Positions 16,401 through 23,329 of a stretch of 28,725 bases of DNA are shown one piece after another. The translations under genes and the position numbers were made by a program. The DNA comes from Anaerolineales bacterium. GTDB taxonomy: Bacteria > Chloroflexota > Anaerolineae > Anaerolineales > UBA6663. The notes below the pieces were generated by a model. The model was given only the letters and a program-made list of their open reading frames with translations, had not been told where the DNA came from and made no database searches. The stretch is taken from assembly GCA_016789165.1 (NCBI GenBank), contig JAEURL010000422.1:1-28725 (forward strand), read 5' to 3'. Numbering within the stretch: the first letter of the stretch is position 1; every line of letters begins with the position of its first letter.

Positions 16401-17090
16401 GCGCGCTCCGGCCTGGCCGTCAGCATGCGCGTGCAAGACCGGATCACGGGCGCGCTCTGCGTCCTGACTGCCCGCCCGCGGGCCTACAGCGCCGACGACC
16501 AGCAGTTGTTTGAATTATTGGCCGCCCAGGCGGCCGTGGCTATTGAAAACGCCCAACTGCTGGCCCGGGTCCAGCAACTGGCCATCGTCGACGGCTTGAC
16601 CGGCCTGTATAATCGCCGGCACTTCTTCGCGCTGGCCAGCCGGGAATGGGAACGTGCGCGGCGGACCGCGGGCGTCCTGGCGGTGCTGATGATTGACCTG
16701 GATCATTTCAAGCTGGTCAACGATTCCTACGGCCACGCCGTCGGCGACCTGGTGCTCCGCCAGGTGGCGGCGCTGTGCCGGGAGGCGCTGCGCCAGGTGG
16801 ATGTGATCGCCCGCTACGGCGGCGAGGAGCTGATCGCCCTGCTGCCGGACACGCCCCTGACCGAGGCCCGTCGGGCGGCCGAGCGGCTGCGCCGGCAGGT
16901 GGCCGCCGCGTCGTTTCCCAGCCCGCACGGCGGGCTGGCACAGACGATCAGCATCGGTGTGGCCGCCCGGCACGGCCCGACTGATGCGGAGAGCCTGGAC
17001 GACCTGATCGACCAGGCGGATCAGGCGCTCTATGCCGCCAAACAACAGGGCCGCAACCAGGTGATCAGCGCCTGGCCGGCCACCGATTGA
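13485..17090 (+). CDS. Diguanylate cyclase: N-terminal multi-TM sensor (HisKA_7TM-like), PAS, four GAF domains, GGDEF
   Basis: Start most likely ATG 13485; hydrophobic N-terminal third; PAS ending RDVTDRK; four GAF repeats; DGLTGLYNRR, MIDLDHFK.VNDSYGH..GD, and RQVD I-site five residues before GGEEL. Confidence 0.9.
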   Translation: MSVIDLAGLYLGLTLGLGAALTALAIWIGRRWRTRGGPSLVAYLSLVAAELLVDGAGFLSGSPAAAAAWGRLEWLFTALAPVALLLFVVEYSGRENWVWRPRRLAALLLIPLLTQVVVWFGPAAWLSGLAPEDFAALGPFWVPAGHASGYWTWAHALYGAGLLLIAVNYAGVIFLRAQGRYRQQALLLLGPLVGLAGVSALDVLGVLAWPWFEFAPWGLALVGGVLAWMFVRQMPLGLIPLTLVQAIDLAPDAVLILDPACQILFINPAAAAAFGIEAGAVSGRPSQAVLPLWPALLPLPAAGETRRAEIAGLAAGAARWWDSRMLGLTDQHRNLSGYLIFLRDVTDRKQAEQRLALQHSLARLLAEARVEAAPDEIMAEALRLVGQHLGWEVGEYWGADADQVELRYVAGWQAAGLQADLWAASARLLRVWRGEGLLGQVWAERQPRWSADVRAEPDFLRLAAAEEAGLRSALAFPLVTGDHSAGVLIFFGRTAQPPEATLLDVLAAAGAQLGQYLERWQAGQALRTRARQVALLNDITMAAIQPDDLPAMLQTLADRLGELLAADGCYLLLWDEARQLTIPMAAYGPMRATYRQTGRPLPDEPTVTAAVLRAGQPIVIDDVFNTPYLSQRIAHQFPTRSMLGLPLIADGQKLGAALVSFETPHTFSPAEVALGEQAARQVALAVAKARLLEAEREQRQVAEALREIGAVLSAHLKVEAILERLLELINAVVPYDAGTVMALEAGRAYVLQTRGYEQFGPEASAGVRQVAFDLVATPNLERLVATGRPLIVADTAAEPGWVTSDPSSAMRSWIGAPVLIGGQAAACLALSKQPPGFYQAFHAERLSSFAAQTAIALENARLFQAAVDAAHRRELLHLASQAISAATTDLAQLAAAIHRAAGQLLPVDALHIVLVTAATGETEAIYPATSDPRWPGARLAGRAITQGGSLRIDSFQQFLADEYPAEDHSQAAARSGLAVSMRVQDRITGALCVLTARPRAYSADDQQLFELLAAQAAVAIENAQLLARVQQLAIVDGLTGLYNRRHFFALASREWERARRTAGVLAVLMIDLDHFKLVNDSYGHAVGDLVLRQVAALCREALRQVDVIARYGGEELIALLPDTPLTEARRAAERLRRQVAAASFPSPHGGLAQTISIGVAARHGPTDAESLDDLIDQADQALYAAKQQGRNQVISAWPATD

Positions 17091-17104
17091 GCGAAAGGCT
17101 TGCC

Positions 17105-17872
17105 ATGTCATACTCGCCCGCCGAACTGATGACCATCAACGCCGCGCGCCTGCTGCGCGACGGCGACGTGGTGTTTGTGGGGGTCGGCCTGCCCAACCTG
17201 GCCTGCAACCTGGCCCGCCGCACCCACGCGCCCAACCTGACCATGATCTACGAGGCCGGCGTGATCGGGGCCCAGCCGGCCCGTCTGCCGCTCTCCATCG
17301 GCGACCCCACCCTGGTGGCCGGCTCCGCGGCCATCTGCTCGATGTACGAGATCTTCGCCTTCTACCTGCAGCGCGGCCTGATCGACGTGGGTTTCCTGGG
17401 CGGCGCGCAGATCGACCGCTACGGCAACGTCAACGCCACCGTCATCGGCCCGTACGCCCAGCCCAAGGTGCGCCTGCCCGGTTCGGGCGGCAGCGCCGAG
17501 ATCGCGGCCTGGGCCAACCGCACCTACTTCATCACCCCCCACCAGAAGCGGCGTTTCCCGGAAACATGTGATTTCGTCACCGGGGCCGGCTTCCTGAGCG
17601 GGCGCGCCGCCCGGCAGGCCAGCGGGGTGCGCGGCGGCGGCCCGCACGCGGTCGTCACCGATCTGGGCATTCTGGAGCCGGACGAGGCCGGCGAGTTGGC
17701 GCTCGCGGCCCTGCACCCCGGCCGCACCCCGGCCGAGGCCGTGGCCGCCACCGGCTGGCCGCTCAAGGTGGCCCGGGAACTGCGCGAGACCGCGCCGCCC
17801 ACCGCCGAGGAACTGCGCCTGCTGCGCGAAGAGCTGGACCCGCAGGGCATCTATCTCAAGGGCGCGGCGTAG
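17105..17872 (+). CDS. Family I CoA-transferase beta subunit (GctB/CatJ type)
   Basis: ATG 17105 after AAAGG; VFVGVGLP, catalytic Glu in IYEAG, GFLGGAQIDRYGNVN, RLPGSGG and VVTDLG. Confidence 0.9.
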   Translation: MSYSPAELMTINAARLLRDGDVVFVGVGLPNLACNLARRTHAPNLTMIYEAGVIGAQPARLPLSIGDPTLVAGSAAICSMYEIFAFYLQRGLIDVGFLGGAQIDRYGNVNATVIGPYAQPKVRLPGSGGSAEIAAWANRTYFITPHQKRRFPETCDFVTGAGFLSGRAARQASGVRGGGPHAVVTDLGILEPDEAGELALAALHPGRTPAEAVAATGWPLKVARELRETAPPTAEELRLLREELDPQGIYLKGAA

Positions 17873-17911
17873 AGCCGCGCGCCAGCTCGGCGCGCCCCGT
17901 TCTGTTCCGTC

Positions 17912-17946
17912 CCGGCCGGCTGGTTTTCACAAAACCGGCCGGCCGG
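17912..17946. promoter_or_regulatory. 16-bp-arm inverted repeat overlapping an ECF-like promoter signature
   Basis: CCGGCCGGCTGGTTTT-CAC-AAAACCGGCCGGCCGG (one G:T pair). TCACA (17927-17931) N15 CGTT (17947-17950) lies upstream of the ECF sigma gene. It could instead be a terminator. Confidence 0.45.
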
Positions 17947-18016
17947 CGTTATATCTCATAGAAGCAACCAAGCGCCGGCGGGCCAGCACCCGCCCGGATA
18001 GGACGGCCCAGCCGCA

Positions 18017-18529
18017 ATGACCAAACCCGCCTTCGCCGCGCTGGTGGAACGCCACAGCGCCGAGCTCTTCGCCTACTTGTTCCGCCTGACGCGGGACGAG
18101 GCTGACGCCCAGGACTGCCTGCAGGAGGCCTACCTGCGCGCCCACCGCGCCTACGGCCGGCTGGACGAAGGCGCCAACCTGCGCGCCTGGCTGTACCGCA
18201 TCGCCACCAACGCCGCCTTCTCGCACCTGCGCCGGCGGCGGCGCGAGGCCGCCTGGCGGGCGCCCGCCGATGAACGCTGGCCGGCCGCCGACCCTTCACC
18301 TCCGGAACAGGCCGCCCGCCGCGCGCAGCTGGCGGCCCTGGCCGGGGCCGTGGAGCGCCTGCCGGCCCAGCAGCGGGCCGCGCTGGTCCTCCGGCAGTCG
18401 CAGGGCCTGAGCTACGCTGAGACGGCCGCCGCCCTGGGCTGCTCGGAAGACGCCGCCCGCGCCAACGTGTATCAGGCGTTGAAGAAACTCAAAGAGGTAT
18501 TCCGCGATGTCACCCAAGACGAAATTTGA
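18017..18529 (+). CDS. ECF (sigma70 group 4) RNA polymerase sigma factor
   Basis: Region 2 (DAQDCLQEAYLRA...LRAWLYRIATN) and region 4 (LPAQQRAALVL...GLSYAETAAALG...ARANVYQALKKL); 170 aa. Confidence 0.92.
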   Translation: MTKPAFAALVERHSAELFAYLFRLTRDEADAQDCLQEAYLRAHRAYGRLDEGANLRAWLYRIATNAAFSHLRRRRREAAWRAPADERWPAADPSPPEQAARRAQLAALAGAVERLPAQQRAALVLRQSQGLSYAETAAALGCSEDAARANVYQALKKLKEVFRDVTQDEI

Positions 18530-19133
18530 CCTGGCCCTGGCTGACGTGTTGGCCGCGCCCAGCGCCGCCGCCACCGCCCGCGCGCAGACCGCCCTGCGGC
18601 AGCGTCTTTCGGCCGCCCAGCCGCCGGCCATCTGGTACGACCTGCTGCCCGAAACCCCGGTGGGGCCGCTGTGGGTGGCCGTCTCCGAGGCCGGCCTGGC
18701 CGCCGTGCACTACGGCGCGGACCCGCGCGCCTGGCTGGCCAGCCTGCGCCGGCGCGGCTACGGAGCGCCCGAGCGCAGCGCCGAGCAGACCGCGGCCTGG
18801 CGGACCCGGCTGGCCGCCTACTTGCGCGGCGAGGCGCGGACCCTGCCGCCGGCCGTGGACTGGCGCGGCGTCACCGCTTTCCAGCGCCGTGTGCTGGAGG
18901 CGGCCGGCGCCATCCCGCGCGGCGGCGTGCTCACCTACCGCGAGCTGGCGGCGCGCCTGGGCCAGCCGCGCGCCGCCCGGGCCGTGGGCCAGGCCCTGCG
19001 CCGCAACCCGGTGCCCATCGTCCTGCCCTGCCACCGCGTGGTGGCCGCCGACGGCGGCCTGCGCGGCTACCTGGGCAAACACGGCGTCCAGACCAAAGCC
19101 TGGCTGCTGCAACTCGAGGGCGCCCGGCTGTAG
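18507..19133 (+). CDS. ogt: Methylated-DNA--protein-cysteine methyltransferase with N-terminal extension
   Basis: FQRRVLEA, IPRGGVLTY, ARAVGQA, NP.PIVLPCHRVV active-site motif, and KAWLL.LEG; overlaps the sigma gene by 23 nt. Confidence 0.92.
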   Translation: MSPKTKFDLALADVLAAPSAAATARAQTALRQRLSAAQPPAIWYDLLPETPVGPLWVAVSEAGLAAVHYGADPRAWLASLRRRGYGAPERSAEQTAAWRTRLAAYLRGEARTLPPAVDWRGVTAFQRRVLEAAGAIPRGGVLTYRELAARLGQPRAARAVGQALRRNPVPIVLPCHRVVAADGGLRGYLGKHGVQTKAWLLQLEGARL

Positions 19134-19231
19134 CCGCCAAATCCCATTCGTCCGACAAAGCCGCAAATCGGTCTGAGTTTGGTATATTTCCGTATTCCGT
19201 TAGGCTATTTAGGTATCCGACTAAAGGAGTA

Positions 19232-19260
19232 TTGTATTGTTCCCGTTTTTGCCTTATAAA
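19232..19260 (+). promoter_or_regulatory. Putative sigma70 promoter of the DUF2917-Lrp operon
   Basis: TTGTAT (19232-19237), 17-nt spacer, TATAAA (19255-19260), inside the longest AT-rich stretch of the window (about 19140-19270). Confidence 0.5.
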
Positions 19261-19336
19261 ATTCATATCACTCGCCGTCCGGCCGGCGGCGCGTGACTGG
19301 GGTAACCGGTAAATAGCGTTTCAGGAGTACTCGGCC

Positions 19337-19597
19337 ATGAAAAGCGTATCCCTTTCCGCCCAGAACGTCGCCGCCCAGTCCGTGGCCCTGCGCCTGGTGG
19401 TGCTGCCCGGCGAGGTTTACCGTCTGCCAGAGGCCGGCCAGCGCCTGCGCGTGGCGGCCGGCCAGGCCTGGCTCTCCCTGCAGGGCCGGGACCTGGTGCT
19501 GACCGCCCAGGAGAGCACCCGGCTGCCGGTCAGCGCGGAGGCCGCCCTGATCTCGGCCGTCGGCCCGGCGCCCATCACCGTGGAGCTGCTCAACTAA
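19337..19597 (+). CDS. Small cupin-like protein, DUF2917-like
   Basis: SD AGGAG; 86 aa; pattern LRVAAGQAWLSLQGRDLVLTAQES fits the DUF2917 G.aW.t...D.vL..Ge motif; stop lies 1 nt before the Lrp ATG. Confidence 0.65.
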   Translation: MKSVSLSAQNVAAQSVALRLVVLPGEVYRLPEAGQRLRVAAGQAWLSLQGRDLVLTAQESTRLPVSAEAALISAVGPAPITVELLN

Positions 19598-19598
19598 C

Positions 19599-20039
19599 AT
19601 GCCGGCCGGTTTAGACGACATCGATCGCAAGATCCTGGACCTGCTGCGGCAGGACGCGCGCCGGACCAACGCCGCCCTCGGCGAGGCGGTGGGTTTGACG
19701 GCGCCCTCCGTCTTCGAGCGCATCCGCAAGCTGGAAAAGCGCGGCGCGCTCAAAGGCTACACGGTGCGGGTGGATGAGGCCGCCCTGGGCAAGACCCTGA
19801 CGGCCTTCATTCGTCTCACCGCCGCCTACGACGAACGGCACGACCCCGGCCTGCGCGCCATCAGCCAGGACCCGGACGTGCTGGAGCTGTACAGCGTGGC
19901 CGGCGAGGATTGTTTCCTGATCAAAACCCGGGCCAGCGACCCGGCCGACCTGCAGGCCCTGATCAACCGCATCCGCGGCCATATCACCGTCCAGCGCAGC
20001 GTGACCATGATCGTGCTGGATACGCTCAAGGAGAACTGA
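19599..20039 (+). CDS. Lrp/AsnC family transcriptional regulator
   Basis: LDDIDRKILDLLRQDARRTNAALGEAVGLT...RIRKLEKRG HTH; RAM domain with VAGEDCFLIK. Confidence 0.92.
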   Translation: MPAGLDDIDRKILDLLRQDARRTNAALGEAVGLTAPSVFERIRKLEKRGALKGYTVRVDEAALGKTLTAFIRLTAAYDERHDPGLRAISQDPDVLELYSVAGEDCFLIKTRASDPADLQALINRIRGHITVQRSVTMIVLDTLKEN

Positions 20040-20044
20040 CGCGC

Positions 20045-20533
20045 ATGACCCCCGCCGAGCGCCAGACCAAGATCGAGGCCTACGGCCGCGCGGCCGAGGA
20101 GCTGGAGGCCGTCCTGCGCGAGCTGCCGCCGGCCATGTGGACCTGGCGGCCGGCGCCGGACCAGTGGACGGTGCACGAGATCGCCGTCCACATCGCCGAC
20201 AGCGAGGCCAACAGCTACGTGCGCGCCCGGCGCTTCATGGCCGAGCCGGGCAGCGGCCTGATGGCGTACGACGAGATGGCCTGGGCGCGGGCGTTGGATT
20301 ATCATGCCCAGAGCGTGGCCGAGGCCGTGGAGCTGTTCCGGGTCCTGCGCCGCAGCACCTATCACCTGATCAAACGCCTGCCCGCCGCCGCGTGGGCGCA
20401 CACCGCCGAGCATCCCGAAAATGGCCGGATGACCCTGGACGACTGGCTCGTGATCTACGAGCGCCATGTCCGTGATCACGCCGCCCAAATGCGCGTGGTG
20501 CGCGCCGCCTGGGAACAGGCCGGCCGCCCGTAA
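20045..20533 (+). CDS. DinB/YfiT superfamily four-helix-bundle metalloprotein
   Basis: ATG 20045; WTVHEIAVHIADSE, YDEMAW, HPENG..TL and RHVRDH supply the His triad. Confidence 0.85.
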   Translation: MTPAERQTKIEAYGRAAEELEAVLRELPPAMWTWRPAPDQWTVHEIAVHIADSEANSYVRARRFMAEPGSGLMAYDEMAWARALDYHAQSVAEAVELFRVLRRSTYHLIKRLPAAAWAHTAEHPENGRMTLDDWLVIYERHVRDHAAQMRVVRAAWEQAGRP

Positions 20534-20555
20534 GCGAGCTGTCCGCCGCCGCCCG

Positions 20556-20586
20556 AACGCGCGCGGCCAGCGCGCGTTTTTTATTT
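20556..20586 (+). terminator. Intrinsic terminator-like hairpin between the DinB and PaiB genes
   Basis: AACGCGCGC-GGCCA-GCGCGCGTT followed by TTTTATTT. Confidence 0.6.
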
Positions 20587-20595
20587 CAGGTGCCC

Positions 20596-21225
20596 ATGTA
20601 TCTGCCCAAACACTTCCACGAAACCGACCCGGCCGTGCTGCACGAGTTCATGCGCGCCCACAATTTCGCCACGCTGGTGACGGTGGTGGACGGCGCGCCC
20701 TTCGCCACCCACCTGCCGCTGACAACCGAGGCCGCGCCGGAAGGGGTGCGGCTGTACGGCCATGTGGCCAAGGCCAACCCGCAATGGCCGACGCTGGCCG
20801 AACAGCGCGAGGCGCTGGCCATCTTCGCCGGCCCGCACGCCTACATTTCGCCGGCGCTGTACGAGCAGCGCCAGAGCGTGCCCACCTGGAACTACCTCGC
20901 CGTCCACGCCTACGGGCCGGTGCGCGTGATCACGGAGGCCGCGGAGGCCGAGGCCGTGCTGCGCCGCCTGATCCAGCGCCATGAGCCGCCCTATCACGCG
21001 CAGTGGGAAGACCTGTCCGAGCGCTACCGGGCCGGCATGCTGGGTGGGATCGTGGCCTTCGAGTTGACGGTCAGCCGGCTGGAGGGCAAGTTCAAGCTCA
21101 GCCAGAACCGCACGCCGGCCGAGCAGCGCACTATCATCGCCGCCTTGGAGCCGCTGGGCGATCCGGACAGCCTGGAGCTGGCCGGCCGCATGCGGCGCAA
21201 TCTTGATCAGCGGGAGGCCGTATGA
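20596..21225 (+). CDS. paiB: PaiB family FMN-binding split-barrel protein ('negative transcriptional regulator')
   Basis: MYLPKHF start, ATHLP, GHVAKANPQW, GPHAYISP.LY, VPTWNY.AVH and KFKLSQN. Confidence 0.88.
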   Translation: MYLPKHFHETDPAVLHEFMRAHNFATLVTVVDGAPFATHLPLTTEAAPEGVRLYGHVAKANPQWPTLAEQREALAIFAGPHAYISPALYEQRQSVPTWNYLAVHAYGPVRVITEAAEAEAVLRRLIQRHEPPYHAQWEDLSERYRAGMLGGIVAFELTVSRLEGKFKLSQNRTPAEQRTIIAALEPLGDPDSLELAGRMRRNLDQREAV

Positions 21226-22202
21226 AACTCAAAGACTGGGGCGCTTTCGCCCTGCTGGGCGTGATTTGGGGCTCGTCGTTCCTGTGGATCAAGGTTGGCC
21301 AGGGCGAGCCCCTGCTCGGCCTGGCGGTGCCGGCCGGCGCCACCGCCTTCAGCCCGTTCCTGCTGGTGGCCTTCCGCCTGCTGTTCGGCCTGCTGGGGAT
21401 GGTGGTGGTGCTGGCCTGGCAGCGGCCGGCCCTGCCGCGCGACCCGCGCACCTTGCTGGCCTTCCTGTTCATGGGCGTCTTCAATACCGCCCTGCCCTTC
21501 GTGCTGATCACCTGGGGCGAGACCCTGATCGATTCAAGCCTGGCCTCGATCCTCAACGCCACCGTTCCGCTCTTCACCATCCTCTTCGCGCATTTCTGGC
21601 TGCACGACGAGAAGATCACGGCCTCGCGCCTGGTCGGGCTGGCGGTCGGCTTCGGCGGCGTGGTGATCCTGGTCAGCCGCGACCTGGCGCCCGGCGGCCT
21701 GGGCGGGAATATCTGGGGCCAGGCGGCCGTCATCGCCGCCGCCGTGAGCTACGCCGTGGCCCTGACCTTCTCGCGCCGGTATTTGCGCAACCAGAAGCCG
21801 GCCGTGCAGTCCTTCATGGTGCTGCTCTTCGCCGACGCGCTGTTGTGGGTGGCCACGCCGGTGGCCCAGTGGCCGCTGACCCTGCCCACCTCGCCGCTGG
21901 CCTGGTTCGCCGTGGCCTGGCTGGGGCTGCTCGGCTCGTGCGTGGCGTACTTGCTCTTCTTCCACCTCAACAACGCCTGGGGGCCCACGCGCGCCTCGCT
22001 GGTCACCTACACCTTCCCGGTGATCGGCCTGCTGCTGGGCGTCGCCCTGTTGGGCGAGCGCCCGGACTGGCGCCTGCTGGCCGGCTCGGCGCTGGTGATC
22101 AGCGGCATCGTGGCCGTCAACGCGCGCTCGCTGTGGCAATCCCTGCGGCCGGCGCCGGCCCCGCTGGGCCCCGGCGAGCACGGGGCCGCCGTGCGGAATT
22201 GA
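21222..22202 (+). CDS. EamA/DMT family transporter
   Basis: IWGSSF, PFVLITWGE, ASILNATVP, GPTRASLVTY..PVIGLLLG; about ten TM segments; ATGA overlap with paiB. Confidence 0.9.
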   Translation: MKLKDWGAFALLGVIWGSSFLWIKVGQGEPLLGLAVPAGATAFSPFLLVAFRLLFGLLGMVVVLAWQRPALPRDPRTLLAFLFMGVFNTALPFVLITWGETLIDSSLASILNATVPLFTILFAHFWLHDEKITASRLVGLAVGFGGVVILVSRDLAPGGLGGNIWGQAAVIAAAVSYAVALTFSRRYLRNQKPAVQSFMVLLFADALLWVATPVAQWPLTLPTSPLAWFAVAWLGLLGSCVAYLLFFHLNNAWGPTRASLVTYTFPVIGLLLGVALLGERPDWRLLAGSALVISGIVAVNARSLWQSLRPAPAPLGPGEHGAAVRN

Positions 22203-22232
22203 CGCGCGGCCGATTTGGTGAAAGGCAAACCC

Positions 22233-23186
22233 ATGACCACCGCCTCCTCAATCCCGGCCCGCCCAACCCGCCTGCCCGCGGCCGTGCTCCTCAGCCTGGC
22301 CGCCGTCTACGTGATCTGGGGCTCCACCTACTTCGCCATCCGCGTGGCGGTGGCCGCCTGGCCGCCCCTGCTCATGGTGGGCACCCGCTTCATCGCCGCC
22401 GGCACGATCCTGTTCGCCATCATGCTCTGGCGCGGCGCGGCCCTGCCCACGCCCCGGCAGTGGCTGAACGCGGCCATCATCGGGCTGCTCCTGCTGGGCG
22501 GCGGCAACGGCTTCGTCACCATCGCCGAACAGTGGGTGTCCTCCAGCCTGGCGGCCGCCATCGTGGCCACCGCCCCGTTGTGGGTGGCGCTGCTCTCGGG
22601 CCTGCTCGGGCAGTGGCCCTCGCGGGCGGAATGGCTGGGCATCGCCATCGGTTTCACGGGCGTAGTGCTGCTGAACCTGGAGGGCGAGATGCGCGCCAAC
22701 CCGCTGGGGGCGTTGGCCCTCATCGCGGCGCCCTTGTGCTGGTCCGTGGGGTCGGTGCTCAGCCGGCGGCTCAGCCTGCCGGACGGCCCGATGGGCACCG
22801 CCGCCGAAATGCTCACCAGCGGCGTGGTGCTGACTCTGATTGGCTGGCTGAGCGGCGAGCATCTGGCCGCCCTGACCGCGCCGGCGGTGGGCGCCTGGCT
22901 GTACCTGGTGGTCTTCGGCTCGCTGGTGGCCTTCAGCGCCTACATGTACCTGATCCGCACCGTGCGGCCGGCGCTGGCGCTCAGCTACACCTACGTCAAC
23001 CCCGTGATCGCGGTCGCGTTGGGCGCGGCCTTGGGCGGCGAATCCTTGACCGGCGTCGGCCTGGCCGGCATCGGCGTGATCCTGGTAGGCGTGATCTGCA
23101 TCCTGCTGGCCCGCAGCGCGGCCGCGCGCCCGGCCCCGGCGCAGGCCGGCGGCCAACCGGAGCCGGTGCCAGAGAGCGGAGACTGA
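22233..23186 (+). CDS. yedA: EamA/DMT family transporter, YedA-like
   Basis: YVIWGSTYFAIR, WPPLLM.G.RF, GNGFVTIAEQ, AYMYLIR.V.PALA.SY.YVNPV closely follow E. coli YedA as recalled; ATG 22233 after AAAGG. Confidence 0.85.
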   Translation: MTTASSIPARPTRLPAAVLLSLAAVYVIWGSTYFAIRVAVAAWPPLLMVGTRFIAAGTILFAIMLWRGAALPTPRQWLNAAIIGLLLLGGGNGFVTIAEQWVSSSLAAAIVATAPLWVALLSGLLGQWPSRAEWLGIAIGFTGVVLLNLEGEMRANPLGALALIAAPLCWSVGSVLSRRLSLPDGPMGTAAEMLTSGVVLTLIGWLSGEHLAALTAPAVGAWLYLVVFGSLVAFSAYMYLIRTVRPALALSYTYVNPVIAVALGAALGGESLTGVGLAGIGVILVGVICILLARSAAARPAPAQAGGQPEPVPESGD

Positions 23187-23212
23187 CCACCGCCTTTCCC
23201 GGGCTGACCGAG

Positions 23213-23244
23213 CGCCTGGCCTGTGGGCCAGGCGTTTTTATTTT
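23213..23244 (+). terminator. Intrinsic terminator after the second EamA gene
   Basis: CGCCTGGCC-TGTG-GGCCAGGCG then TTTTTATTTT. Confidence 0.8.
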
Positions 23245-23329
23245 CCAACGCCGGGTTTAGCAGACTCTCATGCCGGCGCCGCGCCTTTGGCGGTAAAAAG
23301 TCCCCAACTGCCGTTTTCAGGAGGTCCAT

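Noticed and set aside
13599-16436. 945-aa antisense ORF, and other long opposite-strand or alternate-frame ORFs in the track (9905..11935, 24364..25635, 27598..28572, 2558..3631, 7824..9023, 6883..7815)
   Set aside because: They shadow well-supported genes, have no recognisable motifs, and are expected where G/C-ending codons make stops rare in other frames.
4009-17872. A beta-ketoadipate pathway cluster (PcaD-like hydrolase plus CatIJ-like transferase)
   Set aside because: The genes are far apart and on opposite strands, no dioxygenase, cycloisomerase or thiolase is present, and both families are broad.
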